A stretch of 64,000 bases of DNA, taken from IMG/VR virus record IMGVR_UViG_3300044765_000092, positions 158,679 to 222,678 of that record. One strand, 5' to 3'. This DNA comes from a virus (lineage: Duplodnaviria; Heunggongvirae; Uroviricota; Caudoviricetes). Within the stretch, counting starts at the first letter, position 1. Each line of letters begins with the position of its first letter. This document shows, one piece after another, positions 8,500 to 17,121 of this stretch. Below the pieces are notes generated by a model, which worked only from the letters and a program-made list of their open reading frames with translations, was not told the origin of the DNA and did not search any database. A program made the translations under genes and the position numbers.

Positions 8500-9345
8500 T
8501 TAGGCAGGGTCGGCTTTTGCCGCCGAGACGGAGATGCCGCTAACTGAAGGGGCGTCCGCTGCTTTCGGGAAATGTTCAGCCAGTTTCTGGACCGGAACAC
8601 CGAGGTAGCTGGCGATCATCTGCTGCATTTGCTGTATCAACTGACCGACCGTGCCTGAACAGACGGTCCCTGAGCCGGTACCGTATACCGTTCGTGTTGC
8701 GGATGCATCGTCCATCGTGTTTGCAACTAGCAGCGATGACGAACCGAAGCCGAGGCTACTACGGCCGATGTGGGTCTCCTCGGGTGTAGGCACTGAATCG
8801 CGACCTTTGATGACTACAACATCGACCGATTTTGGCTTACCAGCACCAGCTGTATAGTAGAATGACCGTATCCCGCTGTTGAACTTTTCGGTTTGTGGAT
8901 CTTGGTCCGTAGCAAGAGGCGCCCGAACCTGAACCTGGGTCTGGGTCGGTGTCTGGGTCTCAGCACTTGCTGCTCGAGACTTCTCGGCCATGTCCGACAG
9001 TTCGCTCAAAGAGTAGCGGAAGCTCAGCTTGCCGGTCGCACGATCTTTCGTGAGGCCACTACTGTTCGTGGAGTAGGCGGCCTTGTTGATGGAGCGGTCT
9101 CTCGTGTTGAAGAGGCCAACTTCGTCTTGGTGTTTGGATTCGCTGAACGCTTTAGTCAAGCGTTCAATTTGTTTTCTGACAGAGGTCTCCGGCTTAAACA
9201 CCGGCAGCGGATCGAATGCGTTGAGTGCGTCGTTCTTGTGATACACGTGGATTCTCCATGATGCTTTGGTGACTACTGTTCTACACGTTAGCCGCGAATT
9301 GCAAAGCCCAAGACCAACCTCGGGTACTAGGCTCGAAACGGGCAA
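8500..9345 (-). CDS. hypothetical protein (Ser/Thr/Gly-rich)
   Basis: 281-aa ORF. Confidence 0.5.
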   Translation of the reverse strand: MPVSSLVPEVGLGLCNSRLTCRTVVTKASWRIHVYHKNDALNAFDPLPVFKPETSVRKQIERLTKAFSESKHQDEVGLFNTRDRSINKAAYSTNSSGLTKDRATGKLSFRYSLSELSDMAEKSRAASAETQTPTQTQVQVRAPLATDQDPQTEKFNSGIRSFYYTAGAGKPKSVDVVVIKGRDSVPTPEETHIGRSSLGFGSSSLLVANTMDDASATRTVYGTGSGTVCSGTVGQLIQQMQQMIASYLGVPVQKLAEHFPKAADAPSVSGISVSAAKADPA

Positions 9346-9447
9346 TTGGCGACATGCCAGCCTGTGAGAAATGTGGATCCAGCGTCGTGGTGTTCATGAT
9401 GTCGATGGCAGAAACATCCTTGAACACTAGGATATTTTCTTACCTTC

Positions 9448-9481
9448 GTTGTTCGTGCATCCTGGATAATGCACGAACAAC
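9448..9481. promoter_or_regulatory. perfect 13-bp inverted repeat GTTGTTCGTGCAT-N8-ATGCACGAACAAC inside a 395-bp ORF-free intergenic region
   Basis: Seen directly in the sequence. Candidate operator or RNA hairpin. Confidence 0.4.
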
Positions 9482-9736
9482 ACCATGTTCTTACCTACTT
9501 GCTCCGCTTTCTCGACACGGAACACGCTCGGATTCGGATTAGAGTTCGACGACGCGTATGGGCTCGAACTGCAACTACTCCGATAACTTCCTCGTCCAAC
9601 GCCAACACCCAATTACGACCTCCGTTTGGTTAGAACAGACAGACGAGTAACGAACTCGTGCTCGGGCAGTCCCAACCCACTCACTGTGGTGAATAAATTG
9701 TCCCGAGTTTTGCAACTAAACTACTGTCTGTGTTGC

Positions 9737-9746
9737 TCATTTACAG
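9737..9746 (-). promoter_or_regulatory. TCATTTACAG motif, copy 2
   Basis: Overlaps the TAA stop of CDS 9741..10043. Confidence 0.45.
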
Positions 9747-10043
9747 TTCGTCGTCTTCGATCGGTGGACCAAGAACTTCGGCCAGACCGTCTTTGAGGTC
9801 CTGGATCTGCCGGAGCTCAGGCAGTGTTAGACCTTGTCCAGGATTGGCCCAAAGGTTACGTCGAACATTGCCGCAGCCTTCGCAGCTGCACGCCTTACGG
9901 TTGTTGACCAACGCTCGATTCATGACCTCGGCGTGAGCCGGATCGTCGCGTTGAACCCAACGGGTTGTTAGGTATTCACTGCGCATCCACTTGAGCAGTC
10001 GTGCTCGATGGTGACGACGAAGTGCTCGCTTGGTGTCTTTCAT
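9741..10043 (-). CDS. hypothetical basic protein
   Basis: 100-aa ORF. Confidence 0.5.
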   Translation of the reverse strand: MKDTKRALRRHHRARLLKWMRSEYLTTRWVQRDDPAHAEVMNRALVNNRKACSCEGCGNVRRNLWANPGQGLTLPELRQIQDLKDGLAEVLGPPIEDDEL

Positions 10044-10162
10044 GCTGATCCGGTGGCGGCCCAGATGCCGTCGTCACCGGGATCAGCGAACTGCCAAAGA
10101 TAGCAGCGAATTGGTCGTTCAAACGTTTTGTCACGTTAGTGGACGGGAGGTCGGTCCGGTGG

Positions 10163-10531
10163 TCACCCGTTTTGGTCACTGCGGCGGGTACTGCGTGATC
10201 GTGAGGGTTTAGCCGAATCGGCTCCACCATTTGGAAGTTCATGGGGTTGCTCCTCAACTATGGTCCACACTAGGACCGAAGACTTCAGAACTGCGCTTGG
10301 CAGCACGAATGATCGACCTGTCAACCTGTTTCCGTCGGTTAGTTCCCACACAAGCAGGAACGATGTATGACCGCCAGCAATACCCTGCTGGTTCTGGTCG
10401 ATCACCGTCGATGCCTGTTTTAGTGTCATCGCCATTTGGGCGTTGACATTGGCAGTGCCTACCGTGCCGCGGAACACTCCTACTGGCGTGTGGCACTCTA
10501 CTAGAGGACGAAAGGTTGAATTGTCGGTCAT
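10163..10531 (-). CDS. hypothetical protein
   Basis: 122-aa ORF. The gene structure between 9976 and 10790 is uncertain. Confidence 0.3.
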   Translation of the reverse strand: MTDNSTFRPLVECHTPVGVFRGTVGTANVNAQMAMTLKQASTVIDQNQQGIAGGHTSFLLVWELTDGNRLTGRSFVLPSAVLKSSVLVWTIVEEQPHELPNGGADSAKPSRSRSTRRSDQNG

Positions 10532-10778
10532 ACTACGTTATAAGGGGGCGCACGCTATCACACTACGCTTAGGTCGACTCGGGCAGAACGCGCAAATGGT
10601 CACCTTCCGAATAGAGTCGTTCCCACCTGTCCGTGTACCAGCGAACAGATGCCCACCTTACGATGGGGCACTGAGTCTCGTTCTCAGCCTGTAGGTGCTA
10701 ATGTCGTTTTCCTCGGTACTCCGGAACTCCCGAGGGTTTAACATGCCGACCGGATCGGCTTTTCGGTTCAACACTATC

Positions 10779-10786
10779 CCTTTACA
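10779..10786 (-). promoter_or_regulatory. variant motif CTTTACAG (gene-sense CTGTAAAG) in a 260-bp hairpin-rich leader
   Basis: Matches the motif core. Followed by several short hairpins, for example GCCGA-tccgg-TCGGC and CCTCGG-N13-CCGAGG. Confidence 0.3.
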
Positions 10787-10794
10787 GTAAGGAA

Positions 10795-11649
10795 TTAACC
10801 ACCGTGCAGACCGTGCTTACGCAGGATCTTGCGGCTGGCAGTCAGCTTCTCGCTGTAATAGCGACCGGGCGGACAGGTCTTGCGGTCAAGAAGCCGCCAG
10901 GGCCAGGTGTCAGCCGGGTTGTCGAGCGGTGTGTATCCACGGACCCAGACCGGGTGACCACGCCGCTCGCGCTCCGTCCGGCTGAGAGTCGACCACTCGA
11001 TAGGAGAAATACCGATAGGGCGATGATATTCACGACGAGGTGCCGGAATATCAGCCAGCTTGTAGACGAACCACACGCCGTCAATCAGGTACAGGTGCGT
11101 GTCACGGTCATGGACACGAAATCGGGCATGGCGCTCGGCGTCGCGTTCCTCAGCCTTACGCTTTGCCGAACCAGTGGCGTTGGGCTCGAAGTTCGAACAC
11201 AGAACGCCGGTCACGGGATGCGCGTAGTAGGTAGCCCACTTCTGATTGTCAGTCGGCTTGATAGGCTCCCAGCCATCCCAACGGCTGAACGCGTGGATCT
11301 TCCCATCGATCAGACAGACGTTATTTTCTATGCAGTCGCGTTCGACGTGCTGCATGATATGCTTGTTCGTGAACTTGCGCTGATCGAACGTCTGGCAGAT
11401 TTCAGAGTAAACGTCGTTCCAAGGGCGGCCAACATTCTTGGCCATGAACCGACGCAGAGGGCTGAGGTGATCGCCAAAGCTCTTGCGCTCACCGCGGGCG
11501 ACGCGGCGGCGCTTCATCATCGATTCCTTACCGCCGGAGAATTCGTCGTCGAAGACGGCGTTTTCCTTGGCGTTACGGATCGGGTGGAACGTGGAACGGC
11601 TGAGGCGGCGTGGGTCCTCGGTCAGGACCTTGTGGAAATCCTTTCGCAT
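10795..11649 (-). CDS. hypothetical protein
   Basis: 284-aa ORF. The opposite-strand 612-aa ORF is antisense noise. Confidence 0.6.
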   Translation of the reverse strand: MRKDFHKVLTEDPRRLSRSTFHPIRNAKENAVFDDEFSGGKESMMKRRRVARGERKSFGDHLSPLRRFMAKNVGRPWNDVYSEICQTFDQRKFTNKHIMQHVERDCIENNVCLIDGKIHAFSRWDGWEPIKPTDNQKWATYYAHPVTGVLCSNFEPNATGSAKRKAEERDAERHARFRVHDRDTHLYLIDGVWFVYKLADIPAPRREYHRPIGISPIEWSTLSRTERERRGHPVWVRGYTPLDNPADTWPWRLLDRKTCPPGRYYSEKLTASRKILRKHGLHGG

Positions 11650-11757
11650 GATGCTCCTTTCAGTGAGAGTCTACATCGCGTTCGATATAGATTACTTACT
11701 GATTGGAAGCCCGAGCGACGGACGGCGGTGAAGACAAACATGATGATTCCTTGTGCG

Positions 11758-11982
11758 TCAGGTGTGAGTGAAGAAAACGCCCATCAAGACAGCGATACCA
11801 GCAATCGAGAGGCCACCGGTGACGATATTTTTGGCCTTACGCCTATTGACGGCCGAAGCATCGGCTGGCGTTATGATTCGCAGGAGGATGGAGAGCAACA
11901 ACACCAAGATGGCTACGAAGTAGCACATCCAGCCGAACAGATGGAGCAGCGAGTGGCCGAGCAGAACTGCGGCATGGAGCAT
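11758..11982 (-). CDS. small membrane protein
   Basis: 74 aa with two transmembrane segments. Immediately downstream of rtcB. Confidence 0.5.
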   Translation of the reverse strand: MLHAAVLLGHSLLHLFGWMCYFVAILVLLLSILLRIITPADASAVNRRKAKNIVTGGLSIAGIAVLMGVFFTHT

Positions 11983-13269
11983 TTAGTTTCCCTTGACGCA
12001 GAGCACGGCCTTGAGCGTGTGGACCACTTCGACCAGATCTGCCTGATTGGCCATCACCTGATCGATGTCCTTGTACGCCGATGGGATTTCGTCGAGCACC
12101 GATTCATCCTTGCGGCATTCGACACCTTGGGTCTGGGCCACGAGGTCGTCGACAGTGAACAGGCGCTTGGCCTCTTTCCGTCCGTGACGTCGGCCAGCTC
12201 CATGCGAACAACTGCAATACGACTCCGTATTGCCTTTGCCACGCACGATGTAAGACCGCTGGCCCATGGAACCCGGAATGATCCCCAGGTCGCCGGTGCG
12301 AGCACGGATCGCACCCTTGCGCGTCACCCACACGTTCTGGCCGAAGTGGCTCTCCTGCTCCACGTAGTTGTGGTGGCAGTTGATGGCTTCTTCGGTAGTC
12401 TGGAGATCTGGAAATGTACGCTTGAGCGCCGACAGCACGCGACGCATCATAAGATGCCGGTTGATCCAAGCGTAGTTTTGTGCCCAGGTCACGGCCGTCG
12501 TGTATTCCTTGAATTCCGGCGTGCCTTCCGGAAAGTACGCGAGGTCCTTGTCCGGCAGGTTGATGAACCATTTGGCAGCCAACGTCCGTGCCCGATCGAT
12601 GAACGACGTGCCGATCTTGTTGCCGATGCCACGCGAACCTGAGTGGAGCATCACCCATACGTTATGATTTTCGTCCAGGCACAGCTCGATGAAATGGTTG
12701 CCAGAACCCAGAGTCCCGAGTTGAGCCCAGGCATTGTCCACAGTCGTGTCTCCGACCACTGTCCCGATAAAGCCAAGATCGTCGGTCAGAATACGATTAA
12801 ACTCTCGCCGGGCGTCGACGACAGCTTCCTTGTTCTCGACGATCTCCTGTTCGCGCCGATGTGCACCACCAGGACCCAACGGTATGTCACGCTCGATCTG
12901 GTGGCGAATCGCGGTCAAGCTGTCCGGCAGCTGATCGGCCCGTAGATTGGTGCGAACCGCGTTCATCCCGCAGCCGATATCGACACCGACGGCCGCCGGT
13001 ATGATGGCCTTGACCGTGGGCACAACCGATCCGACGGTTGCACCGATCCCCAGGTGGACGTCAGGCATGAGCGCTACACCATTCGGATGAATGAACGGAA
13101 GCCGGGCGATGTTCTTGGCCTGTTGAAGAGCAGCGTCTTCGATGTCGAGGCCTTTGACCACGCGCTCGATCTCCGCGTCGAGTTCGTGGTTGATGTCCGT
13201 GACCACTTTGGTCGTTTCATTGACCCACGCCTTGATCGGCCGCGCGCCATGTTCGTGAATCACCTTCAT
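11983..13269 (-). CDS. rtcB: RtcB RNA 3'-phosphate/2',3'-cyclic-phosphate ligase
   Basis: MPDVHLGIGATVGSVVPT...AIIPAAVGVDIGCGMNAVRT...GTGNHFIE...HSGSRGIGN...INCHHNY...SCSHGAGR are near-identical to the E. coli RtcB motifs. Confidence 0.9.
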   Translation of the reverse strand: MKVIHEHGARPIKAWVNETTKVVTDINHELDAEIERVVKGLDIEDAALQQAKNIARLPFIHPNGVALMPDVHLGIGATVGSVVPTVKAIIPAAVGVDIGCGMNAVRTNLRADQLPDSLTAIRHQIERDIPLGPGGAHRREQEIVENKEAVVDARREFNRILTDDLGFIGTVVGDTTVDNAWAQLGTLGSGNHFIELCLDENHNVWVMLHSGSRGIGNKIGTSFIDRARTLAAKWFINLPDKDLAYFPEGTPEFKEYTTAVTWAQNYAWINRHLMMRRVLSALKRTFPDLQTTEEAINCHHNYVEQESHFGQNVWVTRKGAIRARTGDLGIIPGSMGQRSYIVRGKGNTESYCSCSHGAGRRHGRKEAKRLFTVDDLVAQTQGVECRKDESVLDEIPSAYKDIDQVMANQADLVEVVHTLKAVLCVKGN

Positions 13270-13400
13270 TTCTGTTCTCCAATTCGTGTTCTTCGAACTT
13301 CAGCATCAATTGCGTTCCCTGCAACCATACTGAATAACGGTAGGACGACAGGAATGGTTGACAATTCATCACCATTCCATGCGCCCGAAAGAAAGCCGAG

Positions 13401-13811
13401 TCAGGTGCCTTGATCCTGATCCTTTGCCACTGCGAAAAGCTCGGACTCGCTGTTGGGAGGTTGTTTGTCGGCCGGTTGGTGCTCATTTGCAGATGGCTCC
13501 AAATCAACGTCGATGTTCGCCTGCCAGAAATCGAGGAGGTCCTTGCCATTCAAAATACAGCATGCAGTGGCGTCGTCCCAACCCTCGAATGCACTCTTGA
13601 ACTTCGGGATTGAGATATCAGAGGTCTTGAGCCCATACGCCTGCATGAACCAGCCTTCGCTGGCATAAGCGCGGGCTGCCGCTGACGACGAAAAGCCGTG
13701 GTTCACGTACGAACTGCCGGAATCGGACAGCAAGTACCACTTGTCGATGTCCATGCGAAGGCCGGAGCCTTGTTCGACGAACGAACGGATAGTCTTGGGG
13801 TCAAGTGTCAT
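13401..13811 (-). CDS. hypothetical protein
   Basis: 136-aa ORF. Confidence 0.5.
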   Translation of the reverse strand: MTLDPKTIRSFVEQGSGLRMDIDKWYLLSDSGSSYVNHGFSSSAAARAYASEGWFMQAYGLKTSDISIPKFKSAFEGWDDATACCILNGKDLLDFWQANIDVDLEPSANEHQPADKQPPNSESELFAVAKDQDQGT

Positions 13812-13812
13812 G

Positions 13813-14637
13813 TCAGCGGTCTCTCGATTTGAGGGTCACGGGACGGCGAAGCTTCATCAGCTTGGTGCCACCGATCAGAGTACACAGACCGGCGAGAAGC
13901 AGTAGAGGTGACGGCAGCTCAGGCACTGGTGACGGTGGCGGAACCACGATCGGCGGCGGCTCTGGCTGCTTGTCACAGCAAGGACACGGCTCAGGAATGT
14001 AGATCGGTGGCAGATAACTCATCAGCGGAGGCCAATTGATGGGTGGCACGCCATACACCGGCCGATCAGGTGGTACTGAGGACAACGTGTCGGGTGGCAG
14101 CGGACCAGCGTCAAACACTACGGCTGTCGGTGTCACTGGCTGAGGAGTAAAGTCAATGGTACCACCGCCGCCGCCACCATCAGTGGCAGGCGGCACTTGT
14201 CTCACATGTTCGTACACACGGGTAACGCGGGCCACGTTATCGCACACCGTAGGAACGATCACGCAGTTTTCAGCGCCAGAAGCACCAACGGCCGAGCAGA
14301 ACACCAGTCCACGCTCAGCCATTGAATCTGTCCACTTTGCTCTGGACACAGAGTGACACACAGGACCATGCCCGCTGTGCATGTCCCGAAAGTCGGTGTA
14401 TTCGTATCGACCTGAGATGCGCGTGGCCGTGATGTCTGCCACGTCGTCATAGGCGTGAACCCGAATCTTTGTTTTGAGATCAGCCCGTTGTTCGGGCGGG
14501 ATATCCTTGTAGTCGTCGACGGCAGCCGCGATGTCAGAGTGGTTGTCGCGGTACGGATTGGCCCCCGGATGGTCCCAGGAACACGATGCAGACGCCATGT
14601 TGGAGCTGAGCACCAGAGCCGAAAGTAGCATTGTCAT
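13813..14637 (-). CDS. secreted protein: signal peptide, unknown globular domain, Pro-rich linker and a PEP-CTERM-like C-terminal anchor
   Basis: N-terminal MTMLLSALVLSSNMASASC. C-terminal ...VPELPSPLLLLAGLCTLIGGTKLMKLRRP resembles the VPEP + TM + basic-tail sorting signal. Confidence 0.5.
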   Translation of the reverse strand: MTMLLSALVLSSNMASASCSWDHPGANPYRDNHSDIAAAVDDYKDIPPEQRADLKTKIRVHAYDDVADITATRISGRYEYTDFRDMHSGHGPVCHSVSRAKWTDSMAERGLVFCSAVGASGAENCVIVPTVCDNVARVTRVYEHVRQVPPATDGGGGGGTIDFTPQPVTPTAVVFDAGPLPPDTLSSVPPDRPVYGVPPINWPPLMSYLPPIYIPEPCPCCDKQPEPPPIVVPPPSPVPELPSPLLLLAGLCTLIGGTKLMKLRRPVTLKSRDR

Positions 14638-14662
14638 GGCTATTCCTCCTGTTGTTGAACGC

Positions 14663-14671
14663 CATTTACAG
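14663..14671 (-). promoter_or_regulatory. CATTTACAG motif, copy 3 (gene-sense CTGTAAATGG)
   Basis: Overlaps the TAA stop of CDS 14666..15112. It lies 25 nt upstream of the next ATG, with AGGAGG between. Confidence 0.45.
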
Positions 14672-15112
14672 TTGCGAGGTCGCGGGGACTACTGAGTGAG
14701 CGTGAACCCGCCTAGCTTCTAACCAAGCGTATTCGAGAGAATCGTCCAGTTGGTCCAACATATGCTCAGTACGAGCCAGTTCCAACTTGTCGAGCCTGCG
14801 TTGTTCGCGCCATTCCTCGAGAAGCGTGCGCGCTCTGTGTTGCGATTCCTCGTCTCGAGGCATTTCACGAAATTCGTCGCAAGCACTACGAACGAGGTTC
14901 GCCCTGTAGCGTCGATTGTCGATCGACTCTGGATCAATGATGTAGCTGAACTCAGGCACGTATTCTTCGACGACTTCTGGCTCCTCGTCCTCGACATCAT
15001 CGTCATTATTGACATTATCGATGTGGTCAGAAATCAACGCGTACCCAAACACGACTAATACGACTAACCACCACGGTACGTTGGTCAGGAGACTGCCTAT
15101 TGAGTCAATCAT
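14666..15112 (-). CDS. membrane-anchored acidic protein
   Basis: N-terminal transmembrane helix followed by a D/E-rich region. Confidence 0.5.
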   Translation of the reverse strand: MIDSIGSLLTNVPWWLVVLVVFGYALISDHIDNVNNDDDVEDEEPEVVEEYVPEFSYIIDPESIDNRRYRANLVRSACDEFREMPRDEESQHRARTLLEEWREQRRLDKLELARTEHMLDQLDDSLEYAWLEARRVHAHSVVPATSQL

Positions 15113-15296
15113 GATGATCCTCCATTAGTTCGGGGTTAAGGACACAGTTATCGAGGTAAGCATCGAGACGATCGTCCCGGAGAATGACAACTAGACCCGG
15201 CCAGCGGGTTTCGTAGTCGGCAGGCATACAGCCTGATTGCCTGAGTTTGAGATATCGCTGAGCGTAAAGCTCAAGTTGTGCTTGTGTGAGCTTCAT
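15105..15296 (-). CDS. hypothetical small protein
   Basis: 63-aa ORF. Confidence 0.4.
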   Translation of the reverse strand: MKLTQAQLELYAQRYLKLRQSGCMPADYETRWPGLVVILRDDRLDAYLDNCVLNPELMEDHHD

Positions 15297-15300
15297 GATA

Positions 15301-15390
15301 TTTGGCGGAGAGACTGGGAGTCGAACCCAGTGACCACGTTACCGCAGTCTACGGATTAGCAATCCGCTGCCTTACCATCCAGCCCTCTCT
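15301..15390 (-). tRNA. tRNA-Ser (GCT), long variable arm
   Basis: Acceptor GGAGAGA/TCTCTCC, anticodon loop TTGCTAA, 19-nt variable arm, T-loop TTCGACT, CCA encoded. Confidence 0.8.
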
Positions 15391-15396
15391 CCGTTG

Positions 15397-15472
15397 AGTG
15401 GTGCCGCCACGAGGAATCGAACCCCGGACCTACTGCTTACAAGGCAGTTGCTCTACCGACTGAGCTATGACG
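15397..15472 (-). tRNA. tRNA-Thr (TGT)
   Basis: Acceptor GCCGTCA/TGGCGGC, D-arm GCTC-AGTCGGTA-GAGC, anticodon loop CTTGTAA, CCA encoded. Confidence 0.85.
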
Positions 15473-15482
15473 GCGAATTGGT

Positions 15483-15584
15483 TGTTGACAGTGCCTTCAC
15501 GTTCAAAGCGTACGAAGACCCCGTGTGTTGTGAGGACAAAGCCTGCGCGCGCACAATCTCAGAACAAGCCTGACACTGTCAACA
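15483..15584. repeat. 11-bp perfect inverted repeat TGTTGACAGTG / CACTGTCAACA flanking an 80-nt spacer
   Basis: 15483-15493 and 15574-15584. Located between the tRNA pair and CDS 15619..16206. Confidence 0.4.
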
Positions 15585-15618
15585 TGGAAGCACAGGCTCG
15601 CTGCGCTTCGATGTTGAG

Positions 15619-16206
15619 TCACTCACCGTGACTTTGAAGTGGCGGTGGATCATAATCCGAATCAGCCCATCCGTCTTCGACGTCCTTGACTTCATCGTCT
15701 GATGGCATCGGCTTTGGACACGGCTGCGAGGCCGCACGTAGAGCCTTGACTTCCTGAGCCAGGATATACATGGCGATGGTACCAAGCGAGAAGCAGTCAC
15801 GCACACCTTGGGTGTTGCTCGTCCACTCAGCTATCCTCTCCAGCGCCCAATCCACTGTGTATTCGTTTTCCGGTGCAGATGGGTGTTTCTTCTGTTGCAG
15901 TTGCGCCAGCGAAATGACACTCAGCTGATCGAAGAGCCGTGTGTTCTTACGCGAAAGCTCTTCTAGCTGACCCTGAAGGGTTCTGATCGTACATGCTGCG
16001 CATGGTTGCCCTTGCATCACAGCCTTGTGGTCCTTGCACAAGTTGTTTGCCAGGGAATTGGCCATCAATTGGCTTAGATACTGCAAATGAATCCGGTCAT
16101 CGGCATGAGTGTTCATCAGGTCGTTGATGAACTTATCAACCGCATCCGCGTCGTATACTCTAGCCCCATCTACGAACGATTGCTGAAAACGTCTACTCAG
16201 GTCCAT
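15619..16206 (-). CDS. hypothetical protein
   Basis: 195-aa ORF. Confidence 0.55.
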   Translation of the reverse strand: MDLSRRFQQSFVDGARVYDADAVDKFINDLMNTHADDRIHLQYLSQLMANSLANNLCKDHKAVMQGQPCAACTIRTLQGQLEELSRKNTRLFDQLSVISLAQLQQKKHPSAPENEYTVDWALERIAEWTSNTQGVRDCFSLGTIAMYILAQEVKALRAASQPCPKPMPSDDEVKDVEDGWADSDYDPPPLQSHGE

Positions 16207-16829
16207 TGGTTTGCTAAATATTTGCGGAGCTGGCTCTTGGCCTTGAGATCTGCACGGAGCATGCGTCGTGCCTCGGCTACTACAGCGAGGTTGAACTTGG
16301 CGTCAGCGACGGCCGTGTGCTGTTGTCCTGGGTGTTTGACATCCACACCCAGGAACTTTCTTAGAGTAGACACATCTCGTACGATCTTGTAATTCCAAGG
16401 TGCTTCTAGTCCACAGGACTCAAACAACGAGCCAAGTCGGGCCAGATCGAAGTCAGGATGATTACACCACAGTTCTTCAGCTTTGCTGAAGGCCTGAACG
16501 AGCGAATAATGGAGTTCTTCGACAGTTGAGGTGCCAGACGCGTAACCTAAGAATCGTTTGTTCCCGTGAGTACGTATCTGGAAGTCCAGCGTATTCTTGG
16601 TGTAAGAGCGGCCGAGCGCCAACTGCTCGGCTACCGACATGTAGTGCGTTTCCTCAAAGTCGATGCCGACGCTGAAGTCATCCGGGCTGATGTACTGACC
16701 GTATACACCCACTTCGTGGATAATGCAGTCGTACCTAAGAGAAAGGGTCTCGATATCGAGACCCACGATCTTGATTTCTTCCATGTTCTTGGACGTTGAG
16801 TGGAGCGGGAGTGCCGAGTCAAACGGCAC
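16197..16829 (-). CDS. DEDDh-family 3'-5' exonuclease (RNase T / DnaQ-like)
   Basis: Exo I IVGLDIET, Exo II NHPDFDLARL, Exo III HTAVADA. The start may be the internal MEEIKIV at 16784. Confidence 0.65.
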   Translation of the reverse strand: MPFDSALPLHSTSKNMEEIKIVGLDIETLSLRYDCIIHEVGVYGQYISPDDFSVGIDFEETHYMSVAEQLALGRSYTKNTLDFQIRTHGNKRFLGYASGTSTVEELHYSLVQAFSKAEELWCNHPDFDLARLGSLFESCGLEAPWNYKIVRDVSTLRKFLGVDVKHPGQQHTAVADAKFNLAVVAEARRMLRADLKAKSQLRKYLANQWT

Positions 16830-16902
16830 GCTTAGAGTGGCCGGATGTTAACCCGGGGCCATCCGGTCTCCTATAGGGTTCACACCCTCCCGCGTGAATA
16901 GT

Positions 16903-16990
16903 GGCCACGGCCGGGACTTGAACCCGGATTTTCGTCCCAAGGCTGTGCCCGGGGTCGACGTCCTATCCCTTAGACGACCACGACCTTTGT
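16903..16990 (-). ncRNA. tRNA-like elements that do not fold into one cloverleaf: a 5'-half-like piece and a T-arm piece
   Basis: 5'-half-like piece (gene sense): GGTCGTG-GT-CGTC-TAAGGGATAG-GACG. T-arm piece: CCGGG-TTCAAGT-CCCGG-CCGTGGC. The acceptor strands do not pair with each other. Confidence 0.3.
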
Positions 16991-17121
16991 TGATGCCATC
17001 GGCTTGCTTGAACACACAGGCTATGCGCTCAAGAAAGCCCCCGAGTTGGTCGTATCCAGTCCTCGTCGGGAGCATCTGCTCTAAATCTACACTGCCGTTT
17101 TAACAACGATCACGAATAAAA

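Noticed and set aside
10804-12642. 612-aa plus-strand ORF, the longest in the window
   Set aside because: It lies antisense to rtcB and two flanking minus-strand genes. Its composition is Arg/Ala/Val-rich GC-frame noise with no motifs. The opposite-strand RtcB call is unambiguous.
16903-16990. Pairing the GGTCGTG... 5'-half-like piece with the adjacent CCGGG-TTCAAGT-CCCGG T-arm as one ordinary or intron-containing tRNA
   Set aside because: The acceptor strands GGTCGTG and CCGTGGC are not complementary. No 7-nt anticodon loop with U33 can be drawn. They are left as orphan half-like elements.
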